The notes under the pieces were generated by a model. The model was not told the origin of the DNA. It saw only the letters and a list, made by a program, of their open reading frames with translations, and made no database searches. Shown here one piece after another: positions 37,137-46,087 of a stretch of 64,000 nt of DNA (positions within the stretch are counted from its first letter, which is position 1; each line of letters begins with the position of its first letter). Location: the sequence record PV662128.1; one strand, 5' to 3'. The position numbers and the translations under genes are program-made.

Positions 37137-37670
37137 TTATTTTTGCTCGGTAGTCGTCGAAGAAGTGACTTTTGTTACAACAGATTTAGTCGCTGCTTTG
37201 GCCTTGGTCATTAGGAATTGAGGATCAAAGACATTGACCGTCCCTGAAGCTTGATCGACAATTTGATCGATGTTGCTGAGCAGTCCCTTAATGGCGACTT
37301 GCGAACCATAAACCAAATCATTAGCGTTATCTAAATCCCTCGTAGTCGTAATAAGTTTTAAACGAGTGAGTTTGTAGCATCTGGTGTAATCGGTGTTCTG
37401 ATCCAGGCAGTCGTTTTCTTTAAGCCATTCATCGAGTACGATGAGTTGACTAATGGGTTCTACCGGGTTATCAGAGATTAGCTCCTTAGGAACAGAATGG
37501 GCGGCTTCTTTCAATTCCTGAAGGTTGATTCCCATGCTACTGACTTGAGCGGCTTGAGCTTCCACCTGAAGTTTGGTGTTGGCTTCGCTGACTGTTGTTT
37601 TGTGGCTGCACCCCGTCATTAAGATCATCAGCCCCATAACGACTAAGCATTTCATTGTATGTTTTTTCAC
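37137..37670 (-). CDS. Lipoprotein, o-spanin (Rz1-like) candidate
   Basis: Basic N terminus, hydrophobic stretch and a lipobox-like LMTG-C; overlaps the upstream TM gene by 134 nt in another frame. Confidence 0.65.
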   Translation of the reverse strand: MKKHTMKCLVVMGLMILMTGCSHKTTVSEANTKLQVEAQAAQVSSMGINLQELKEAAHSVPKELISDNPVEPISQLIVLDEWLKENDCLDQNTDYTRCYKLTRLKLITTTRDLDNANDLVYGSQVAIKGLLSNIDQIVDQASGTVNVFDPQFLMTKAKAATKSVVTKVTSSTTTEQK

Positions 37671-37929
37671 GATCTTGACCTCGGCGATCTAACATAAGAG
37701 CAAGTTGAGCGTTGAGCTTAGTTTGGTTAGCCGTCGCAATATCAATGGCCTCCCGTAAGCTCTTCATTTGATCGGTGACTTTCGCCATCTGAGCAACGGT
37801 TTCTTGGTCAACACTATCCTTAGGGAAGAAACGATTGATCCCAACGATAATCATAATGATCAATAATAATAAAATAACGATCCCATCTTTAACTACACTT
37901 CCGACATTATCTTTAGTAATAACCGACAT
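37537..37929 (-). CDS. i-spanin (Rz-like) candidate
   Basis: Single N-terminal TMD (GIVILLLLIIMIIVGI) followed by a periplasmic coiled coil, overlapping a lipoprotein gene. Confidence 0.65.
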   Translation of the reverse strand: MSVITKDNVGSVVKDGIVILLLLIIMIIVGINRFFPKDSVDQETVAQMAKVTDQMKSLREAIDIATANQTKLNAQLALMLDRRGQDREKTYNEMLSRYGADDLNDGVQPQNNSQRSQHQTSGGSSSRSSQ

Positions 37930-37940
37930 GACGAATACCT

Positions 37941-39203
37941 CTAAACTAGAGCGTGGATTTTGAACACAAAGCCAGTCACAAGGTCATCGCTAAAGTAACG
38001 GTTACGGAAAGCATGATAGAGATCCCCCCCGTTATCGACGCCCGTGAGGCCATTAACGTAATCCGGGGTTAACCGGATATCAGTACTCCACAGCATTTGG
38101 TTACCGCCTCTTTTAGAAATATAAGAGGGGAACAGGCCGTTGCTCAGCATAAGAGGATGAGCGTAGGTGTCGTTAACCAAGAAAACTGTAGGGTAGCGAT
38201 AGGTGATCAGTGGGGTTATCGTAATTCCAAAATCTGGATTATCAAACACCACAAAGAAACTGTTTTGATTTAAAAGAAGCGCCTTAAACGTTTCAGCAGT
38301 ATAAAGCTTATCTTTAGCAATGACTTTACGTTCCTTAGGATAAAGGTTGCTTAAGTCAATGTAATTAAGAGATTCGAAAATTCGCTCGGGCCATTTATAA
38401 TGACGGTAGTCGATACGTAATCTTTTCTCACCCGTTCTTGTGACCAGAGGAGAACCAGTGACTAATCTTCCAGCGATAATTAACCAAACCTTCTTATCTT
38501 TGATAGGAACGTCTAGTTCAACTTCTAAACCAGTGAATCCATCTTCGTCAATGAACTTTATCATGTCTTCGGTAAATGGACGTGTCTCTAAAGCAGATAC
38601 TTTGGAGAAGTCATAGATGTCAACGTGACTACTGTCATTAATGCGGTAATTCTTCCCACCGTTTAAAAGATAGATCCCGTCGTTTCTACTTATTCCTCTA
38701 ATGAAATGGCCGTTGAGATTAAAAAGACACTTCGTAATAAGGTCATCGTATTTGCGCGTTGTTACGATAGTAGTCAATAACAGATCCGGAGCTTCACTAA
38801 CGCTAACCAGCGCTTGACGATCCACGGACAACAGATGATTAGCCGGAGCGATACGATAACCGCTTAATTGAGCGTCACCACGTTGAACATAAACCAACTT
38901 CTCTCCCGGGAGTTCCGAAGAGAGAGTAAGCGGATCGTTCTCTTTTGTCAGCAGCCAGGCTTCAATGGTCCCATCGAAAGTTTGAAATTCATACTGATAG
39001 TCAAAGGCGTTCAGACAAAGCTGTTTACCCACTAGTTCGTCGAGAATAACTATTCGTAATTTACTGTAGGTTTTGAAGTACTGATTGGTCTTTAAAGTAC
39101 TTAAATCTACAACGGCTTCTCCAGCGTGCCCTGTGAGAGCAACGCCTACGGCTCGTACATACTGATAAGACATAGCGCCCTCTTCCGGAATTCTATGGTT
39201 CAT
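37941..39203 (-). CDS. Conserved virion structural protein
   Basis: 420 aa containing KCLFNLNGHF..G; divergent from the tailspike gene. Confidence 0.55.
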   Translation of the reverse strand: MNHRIPEEGAMSYQYVRAVGVALTGHAGEAVVDLSTLKTNQYFKTYSKLRIVILDELVGKQLCLNAFDYQYEFQTFDGTIEAWLLTKENDPLTLSSELPGEKLVYVQRGDAQLSGYRIAPANHLLSVDRQALVSVSEAPDLLLTTIVTTRKYDDLITKCLFNLNGHFIRGISRNDGIYLLNGGKNYRINDSSHVDIYDFSKVSALETRPFTEDMIKFIDEDGFTGLEVELDVPIKDKKVWLIIAGRLVTGSPLVTRTGEKRLRIDYRHYKWPERIFESLNYIDLSNLYPKERKVIAKDKLYTAETFKALLLNQNSFFVVFDNPDFGITITPLITYRYPTVFLVNDTYAHPLMLSNGLFPSYISKRGGNQMLWSTDIRLTPDYVNGLTGVDNGGDLYHAFRNRYFSDDLVTGFVFKIHALV

Positions 39204-39274
39204 TATTTAAATTCATTCATAGGATCGGGCCGCTTAGCGTGGCGAGGTCTTCTAACCGCCAAACAGGATTCGAT

Positions 39275-42046
39275 ATGTCAGAATATTTATATCCTTGGAA
39301 TCCCTTCCAAGATGATGATGACGCCCGTATCACTGGAGAGCTCGCGAGTGTACCCGGGGGAACCCGTGTGCTGGTCGTTCCTAGAGCCGCTCCTTTCTTT
39401 TCCGAAAACTTAACCATTGTCAATTCGGATACTAATGCCCCGCTGGTATTAGGCGAAGACTACGTCTTCAGTTATCCGTTCATGGATTTTATCAAGAATT
39501 ATTCCAAAAACGTTTATGGTGGGATAATTCTTCTCAAAGCAACCACGGCTTTGAACATTTCAATAAGTTATGACACCATTGGCGGGCCGTTCGTTTTAGA
39601 CGACGTTGCATACGCTGAAGCCGTGGCTAACATCATTGCGTCTGGGAGATTGGCAGATTGGAGTCAGGTTATCAACCTGCCTTCTGGTTTCCCAGCCGAT
39701 CCCCACGACCATCCTGAAAGCCAGACTTATAACTATAACGCGTTCATGGCTAACCTCACTCTGTTGATTGAGGCGATGAACAATGAAACGAATAACCCAA
39801 CTGTCCAGACTCTGCTGACACAGCACAGCGCCGATAACTTAAGAATCGCGCATCCCAACGGTGAGCCAGAGGATGTGGGATTAAGCAATCTTCATGATTA
39901 TCCCGTGGCTCAAGAAAGTGATTTTGATGGTAATTCCAACCAGTTATATATGGTTCTGGGTATTACGAAGAAACTCATCGATAAAATGCTGGCTGAGTTC
40001 TTGAACGGATCACTACCTGCTGATTTCGAAGAAACGGTTCAAGAAATCTACGATCAAATGAACTCTTACTTGCAGCAAACGGCTACGCTTGCTGGGCAAG
40101 TTGATAACAAGCTGTCGAACACCATCAACGGTTTGGAAACGTTCGATAATGGCGCGACACTGAAGTCAACCAAGGATATGTTATTCCATACCCCAACTAA
40201 CAGTTGGTACTATTGGGGCGGGACTTATCCTACTGGCGGTTACGTTGTCAGCGGCGGGGCTTCCCCTTACGATGCTTCAGGTAATCTGATAGCCGGTTGG
40301 AAAGTGGCGGGGGCAGTTGAGCTTGAAACCAGACTCTCTTCACAAACTATCGGCCTGGGTGGGGACATCGTAGGTTACACGGCAGTGGCTGGAGCAATAG
40401 CCCGTACGGTGAACGACCGACTCCGGGATGCGATTAGCGTAAGAGACTATTATCAAAGTACTGATAACGGTAACTGGGCTTTGGCTTATAATCGGGCTAA
40501 AGCGGTTAACCCTAAGGTGTTTTTCCCTCGGCAAGCCGGGGTTTACATCGTTAGCACCACTCTTGTGGTCGACTCTGGCGGCGCGATACTTTCAGATGGT
40601 GCGATCATAGGGTCTCCTGTTTCGGCCAACGCCGAAGCCACGGCGATTATTACGGTAATTTCGGCGACGTCTGTGACCGACATAGAACTGGCCGGGTTCA
40701 CTGTTAACGGTGGTGTTAACGACACCCAAACTACGGCTAACGTAAAATCAGCGATCTCCTTAAACTCTTGCGTTGGTGTAAGAATCGGTAACGTTAAGGT
40801 GGTCAATTGTTCTGGCCGAGGGATTCATCTCGATACCTGCGCCGACGTAACAGTAAGCGATTATCGTTTCCGTAAATTTAATTACACCACCGCATCGCTC
40901 AACACTACTCTGGCGGCCAATAGAAACGGGATTAAATTTGTCGACTGTTCCGACGTTTATGTAAATGGGGTGGACATTGATTCCGACGACATGTGCGTGA
41001 GAATCAGCGCTAAATCTGTTGCAATTAATAACGTGAATGTAAATGGGGTTAAAGGAACCTCCACTACGAGTTCTTTGGTTGGGTTCGCAGAAGAGCTTAA
41101 TTCAGGATCTACTTATTATTCACAAAACGTAACTGGGATTAGAATAAAGGACGTTCGTTTATTATACGGTAAATCGGCTAACGGTCTGGTTAGTGTTACT
41201 AAATTGGGAGCGTCCTCCGTCCTAAAAGATTTTTCAATCATTGGCGTGTCCGGCAAACCAACCTCTGGAAACGGTTTGACTGTTAACGGCGTGACGGGGG
41301 TTGAATTTGACGACATCAACGTGGAGTCCGTAAACGGCCACGGGGTTCATATTGCTTCCTCGACGCTTGTTAAAGGCACCGTTAAGGGAAGAACAGATGC
41401 GTCTGCAAGTTATGGGGTCAATCTCAACGCCGTAAGTTTTTCTGAACTGATCGTTAATTCGGCCAATAGTTCAGGGTACGGTATTAATTTAGACGGAGTA
41501 ACTTATTCTGTTATCAAACCATCTGCCTATAACTGCGGCGCCGGATTGTTCTCTACCTCGGCAGGTGGCGGGTGTAGGATGGTGAACTGTACTAATGTAA
41601 ACTTACCGGAAGGTAATCTCTACGGTACAACCACAGTATCCTATTATGGTTTGAACTACTCCACTGGCAACACCGGATGTACGTTTGGTCTGGATCTGAT
41701 GTTCTACGGTCTGGTTCCATCTACCCGTCTCCCTACGGCGTATTACCTTAAAACCCCGGCGGTCAGTCTTAAGTTTAAGGAAGATTCTGCGGGAACATTG
41801 TCGGTTTATTCCAACATCGGATGTACGTTAACCAGAAACGCGGCGGGTAACTACACGGTTGCTTTTTCAAGTAACATGAACTCAACGGGGTTCCAGTGGG
41901 CGCTAGAGGCTTATCACAACGGCGCGCGCAGGACGATCCAATTGTCTTCAGCGGTTACCGTCGGTGGATTTAGCTTCTTAACTCAGGACGCGGCGGGAAC
42001 AACGACTTACGCCGATCACGTCAGTCTGGTCGCCTGGAACACCTAA
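39275..42046 (+). CDS. Tailspike / polysaccharide depolymerase with a right-handed beta-helix
   Basis: N-terminal virion anchor (VVPRAAPFF...W..P..HDH), tailspike-N motif TFDNGATL...YYWGG, pectate-lyase-like entry ARTVNDRLRDAISVRDY, and N/G/V/S-rich coils. ATG 39275 follows AGGA (track start 39239). Confidence 0.8.
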   Translation: MSEYLYPWNPFQDDDDARITGELASVPGGTRVLVVPRAAPFFSENLTIVNSDTNAPLVLGEDYVFSYPFMDFIKNYSKNVYGGIILLKATTALNISISYDTIGGPFVLDDVAYAEAVANIIASGRLADWSQVINLPSGFPADPHDHPESQTYNYNAFMANLTLLIEAMNNETNNPTVQTLLTQHSADNLRIAHPNGEPEDVGLSNLHDYPVAQESDFDGNSNQLYMVLGITKKLIDKMLAEFLNGSLPADFEETVQEIYDQMNSYLQQTATLAGQVDNKLSNTINGLETFDNGATLKSTKDMLFHTPTNSWYYWGGTYPTGGYVVSGGASPYDASGNLIAGWKVAGAVELETRLSSQTIGLGGDIVGYTAVAGAIARTVNDRLRDAISVRDYYQSTDNGNWALAYNRAKAVNPKVFFPRQAGVYIVSTTLVVDSGGAILSDGAIIGSPVSANAEATAIITVISATSVTDIELAGFTVNGGVNDTQTTANVKSAISLNSCVGVRIGNVKVVNCSGRGIHLDTCADVTVSDYRFRKFNYTTASLNTTLAANRNGIKFVDCSDVYVNGVDIDSDDMCVRISAKSVAINNVNVNGVKGTSTTSSLVGFAEELNSGSTYYSQNVTGIRIKDVRLLYGKSANGLVSVTKLGASSVLKDFSIIGVSGKPTSGNGLTVNGVTGVEFDDINVESVNGHGVHIASSTLVKGTVKGRTDASASYGVNLNAVSFSELIVNSANSSGYGINLDGVTYSVIKPSAYNCGAGLFSTSAGGGCRMVNCTNVNLPEGNLYGTTTVSYYGLNYSTGNTGCTFGLDLMFYGLVPSTRLPTAYYLKTPAVSLKFKEDSAGTLSVYSNIGCTLTRNAAGNYTVAFSSNMNSTGFQWALEAYHNGARRTIQLSSAVTVGGFSFLTQDAAGTTTYADHVSLVAWNT

Positions 42047-42055
42047 GGAAAATAC

Positions 42056-42310
42056 ATGCCTGTTACAGCCGTACTTGCCGCCACTGTTAATCTCACTACT
42101 CTGAAAGATAAGAGCTTGGAAAATGAGGTTCTCCAAACCATTAAAGAAAGAATGGCTTACGAGAAACCAGACATTGAACTGACCTTATCTAAGGATGACA
42201 GTGTTGTTAACAGTTACACCTTTGTTAGTGGCGACGCCCTAACCGTTTCCGATGATTTCAGTTTTGTTTTTAACGGGATCGTCGCGGACGTAATCAGTAA
42301 CGTTAACTGA
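42056..42310 (+). CDS. Small protein downstream of the tailspike (possible chaperone or adaptor)
   Basis: 84 aa with an AAGGA RBS, co-transcribed with the tailspike up to a terminator. Confidence 0.55.
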   Translation: MPVTAVLAATVNLTTLKDKSLENEVLQTIKERMAYEKPDIELTLSKDDSVVNSYTFVSGDALTVSDDFSFVFNGIVADVISNVN

Positions 42311-42321
42311 GTAACCTAATA

Positions 42322-42353
42322 AGGTAGGGGAGGGCTGACGCCCTCCCCTACCT
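42322..42353 (+). terminator. Terminator-like hairpin
   Basis: AGGTAGGGGAGGGC-TGAC-GCCCTCCCCTACCT, with TATG at 42363-42366 downstream. Confidence 0.7.
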
Positions 42354-42421
42354 AGTCGATTTTATGATTCAGGCTTAATATTCGTGGAGTGTGATACTCA
42401 CTCCATCACGAGGTGAGATCA

Positions 42422-45400
42422 ATGAACTATCCTAATATTCCCGAATACCGTTTGGATATCACGGGGAAGAACCCAGAAAACTTGATTCCTTTCGAGCATC
42501 TTCAAAGGGAAGATAATGATCGAAAAATGATCGTCGTCCCACGTCACGCTCCCTTCTTTATCGACAGCGTGATTTTGAGCTTCCCTGACGGCACCCCAAT
42601 GGTTTACGGAACCCATTATGAATTCTTCAACATCATGGGTGAGCTTTCCAGAAGAACCGGTAAGGCGGTCGGTTGTTTTATCCGCATTTTGGATAAAACC
42701 ATAACTCGGTTTAACGTCCGCTATCAAACAGTAGGTTCGGTATCTCTCTTTGATAAGAGTTTCCTGGATCTCTATAACACCGTTATCGACGATGAGCGAG
42801 CCGTCTGGTTCGACGATATCGCTAACAAACCTATATTGTTTGATCCAGAACAGCATGGCCATGACGTCAGGTACGGTGTATATGCATTTAAAGACCTTGC
42901 AGATGCTTTCGAGCAGATGGTGGCAAACACCGTAGGTGGGGAGGGTTACCACGCCCCGTACGAAGAATTCTTCGTTCAGCGTATTAACAACGCCATCAGT
43001 TACCTTTCACAAGTACAGAGTCGTTGCATCGCACTCATTAACGAACATGCCAGTAACAAGATCAACGTGCATGGGATCGACAATGCTAAAGTGGGATTGG
43101 GTAACGTTGATAACATCGGGACTTATACTTCTGATAATTGGGGGGATGTTATCGACGATAAACATCGCATAACCCCAGGGTATCTGAAAAAGTTAGCTGA
43201 AAATACCACAGTGGATCTCAGTAACTTGGTCCAGCCTGGTGTCCTCCCAATTGCTCGTTATGGTGAGAACTTTTATATCCCCCCGGTTATAGGTGGGTCG
43301 TTTAAAGGAATAGGGACTAGACAACCTTGGCGAGTGGCCTGTTTAGAGCGTAACGGCTATCTAGTAGCAATAGGTAACTATAAAGACATTAACACCGATC
43401 TGTTAATGTACATGTACAACAAAACTCCCTATAATACCACCCCTTCACCCGACGATTGGATTCACAGTCGTTACGAATACGCACCCTCTGTAGCGAAAGA
43501 AGCCGGTATCTCACTGACTTCGGTTATCAAAGGTGGGGATTATCGCTGGATGATTGTGGGGAACGACAAGACCAATAACTGGTATGTCGTTAAGTGCAAC
43601 GGGACTTACAATTCAGCAAACCACACTCTCGTTCCCATAGCGACGCAAACCTTCTTAACGGGGATTGATCATGTTAGAATGTGTGTTTGTGGGAACTACA
43701 TTTATCTATTTAAAGTAAGCGAGTTGCAGTCCACCGGCCAGCGGTCAGTAGCGATAAAGAGAATCGACGTTACCAATCTCGATATTAACACGACCTCTGT
43801 TTCAATAACGGACGTCTCTCTTATTTATACCGACTCGTCAAACGCCAGCAAAACATCTACTACCGGTCAGTTCGATCCACTCGCTGTTACTCTGAATGCC
43901 AGCAATAAGGTTACCCGAATGCTGGGAGGGTTTTCCACCCCATTAGACAGTGTGGTTATGGAGCGAGACATCCAAATCGAGATGATCCCTGACCCATCCA
44001 ACCCGACGGTCTCTTATATGCGTTGGTGGTTCCCAGTATTCCACAAATTGGGAGTTAAGCAGGTCGCGCTAACGTATTCCCCGGCTTGGAAATTACAGGA
44101 AAGTGGTGGGGTGGTCACAGCCACTTGGATGCGAGGAAATAGTGCGCGGAGTTTTGATATCAAAACCTGGGACACCAATTACGCCCCTTGGTTAGGGAAT
44201 CAAAATGCTACGAATACTGCTTTCGTTAACGATGTTGTTTCTTGGCATTTACAGTGGGCAATGGCAGCTGGATTCAAGAGTGGGTGTTCTGTCCTTTCTA
44301 ACAATGGGCGATTTGCTTGTGGATCGACGCACTGGACTTTCTTCCCGTTATCAGTAGGGATGGGGATGCCCGATTTCTTTACGTTATCGGACCCGACTCT
44401 GTTCTGTACTAGTCACCCCGCGGTAACAAGCTATGACGTTCCTCGAGCGGCTCAATATAACCTGAGCACCTTGGGGAACTCCATTGCCGATACAACAGTC
44501 TATGGATCAGCGCCAGAATCAAGCTGTCATAGTACAGTCTCCTACCTAGAAGCTGGAGGAACCACGACCCATTATGAACTTATTAAATCCACAGTTTACG
44601 ATGAGGTCTTTATCCATACGGCTAAGTTGAGGACTGGGGATAGGACGTCAGCCACCGTATACGACGATAACACCTATTACCATATGCCTTACACGAGCGA
44701 TATTTTTAATACCAATATTCCGCCCCGCGGAGTAAGAATATCTTTCGTCGATGAAGGGGTTACCACAAATAAAGGAGAGACGTTCTTTTCTGTTGCTGGC
44801 GGAACAATCTATACACTGGGAACTGGTCTTCAAGATAATTTGTTGACACACAGTTACAATACGGTTAGGAATACCGGCGCGAGAACTCTGAATTTCAACC
44901 CTAGTCTTTACGTGAAGATATCTGACGCACTAGTGAAAAGTTTAATCACAACAAACTTTCCTTCTATTGCGGCGGATTACTATCAGCACGCTTGGACGCT
45001 ATTGTGGTTCCCTGGTAAAGAATCGATCATTGCACCTATGTTTATCATAGAGTGGATGGGGTCGGGATCCGATACCAACGCATACATTGGCGTGGTTACG
45101 CTTAACGTGGTAAAAAACCCCACGTTAACATCTAACCAAACAACCACTGTTAATGGTGTTAAGACTTGCGTGATGAACGTAGGAGATCTGACCACCGCTA
45201 ACAAATATACAGTGACTAACGGCCAATACACCGGAGACCGTTCCTGGTTTGATACTACCGGCAACCATTACGTTAACACCGGGTACTGTACGGTTTATCG
45301 TAATAGTGCGGGCGAGGTATCTCTTTACTGGGGATCGGCCAATAGTAAAAATGCTGATAACCCAACGAGTTATGGGGTGGCCAAAACAGCATACCTGTCT

Positions 45401-46039
45401 TTACGCCTAACGGCACCTAAAGTAATTGGCGCCATTAATAATTATCCCGGTGACCGTGGTATAGACGCGCCTGTAGTTCATGCATTGAAGGGCGTGGGAT
45501 TGTTACTCATCCCACCTGGTGAGTCGCTGGATACGTTCTTAGGCGGCGGAATAACCCCGGGTCGTTTGGCTGGGACAACGTATCAGTCTGTTCTTAACGG
45601 GTACGCTAACCCCAACCTCTTGGGATCGTTGTATATCGTCGCTGATATTATCCCCGTTAACCAATGGACGTTATTCTTCTCGGCATCTAAAATTCTCCTG
45701 AAAGGCACTTATTTTGAACTTCCGGTAGGGACGTTAACACTCACCGATTATTTCACGAGCGTTCAGAATAAGACATTCTATCTGTTCCTGAAACTGACAG
45801 AGGGTAACCCTACCTATGAGTTATCGTCGTCCATGTTATCAGAAACATCAACATGTATGTTAATTGCGACAGTCACTACGGACGCGCTAAGTATCGTTTC
45901 TGTAGACACGCAGAAGGTCTTTTCAATGACCGGTTATCGGGTATCGTCTCAAGCTATCGGTTCGATCATACCTGGGTCAACCGGGGGGATTAACGAATTG
46001 GGCGAGACGCCATGGCTGTCGTCGACTTTGGTTGATTAA
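42422..46039 (+). CDS. Large tail-fibre-like virion protein A
   Basis: About 1205 aa. Anchor VVPRHAPFF, VGLGNVDN motif and a C-terminal module shared with the next two genes. ATG 42422 follows GAGGTG. Confidence 0.75.
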   Translation: MNYPNIPEYRLDITGKNPENLIPFEHLQREDNDRKMIVVPRHAPFFIDSVILSFPDGTPMVYGTHYEFFNIMGELSRRTGKAVGCFIRILDKTITRFNVRYQTVGSVSLFDKSFLDLYNTVIDDERAVWFDDIANKPILFDPEQHGHDVRYGVYAFKDLADAFEQMVANTVGGEGYHAPYEEFFVQRINNAISYLSQVQSRCIALINEHASNKINVHGIDNAKVGLGNVDNIGTYTSDNWGDVIDDKHRITPGYLKKLAENTTVDLSNLVQPGVLPIARYGENFYIPPVIGGSFKGIGTRQPWRVACLERNGYLVAIGNYKDINTDLLMYMYNKTPYNTTPSPDDWIHSRYEYAPSVAKEAGISLTSVIKGGDYRWMIVGNDKTNNWYVVKCNGTYNSANHTLVPIATQTFLTGIDHVRMCVCGNYIYLFKVSELQSTGQRSVAIKRIDVTNLDINTTSVSITDVSLIYTDSSNASKTSTTGQFDPLAVTLNASNKVTRMLGGFSTPLDSVVMERDIQIEMIPDPSNPTVSYMRWWFPVFHKLGVKQVALTYSPAWKLQESGGVVTATWMRGNSARSFDIKTWDTNYAPWLGNQNATNTAFVNDVVSWHLQWAMAAGFKSGCSVLSNNGRFACGSTHWTFFPLSVGMGMPDFFTLSDPTLFCTSHPAVTSYDVPRAAQYNLSTLGNSIADTTVYGSAPESSCHSTVSYLEAGGTTTHYELIKSTVYDEVFIHTAKLRTGDRTSATVYDDNTYYHMPYTSDIFNTNIPPRGVRISFVDEGVTTNKGETFFSVAGGTIYTLGTGLQDNLLTHSYNTVRNTGARTLNFNPSLYVKISDALVKSLITTNFPSIAADYYQHAWTLLWFPGKESIIAPMFIIEWMGSGSDTNAYIGVVTLNVVKNPTLTSNQTTTVNGVKTCVMNVGDLTTANKYTVTNGQYTGDRSWFDTTGNHYVNTGYCTVYRNSAGEVSLYWGSANSKNADNPTSYGVAKTAYLSLRLTAPKVIGAINNYPGDRGIDAPVVHALKGVGLLLIPPGESLDTFLGGGITPGRLAGTTYQSVLNGYANPNLLGSLYIVADIIPVNQWTLFFSASKILLKGTYFELPVGTLTLTDYFTSVQNKTFYLFLKLTEGNPTYELSSSMLSETSTCMLIATVTTDALSIVSVDTQKVFSMTGYRVSSQAIGSIIPGSTGGINELGETPWLSSTLVD

Positions 46040-46045
46040 TCCCTT

Positions 46046-46071
46046 TAAAAGGAGGGCGCGCCCTCCTTTTA
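46046..46071 (+). terminator. Perfect 26-bp palindrome / terminator
   Basis: TAAAAGGAGGGCGCGCCCTCCTTTTA followed by a T-run. Confidence 0.75.
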
Positions 46072-46087
46072 TTTTTATAGGTGCAAT

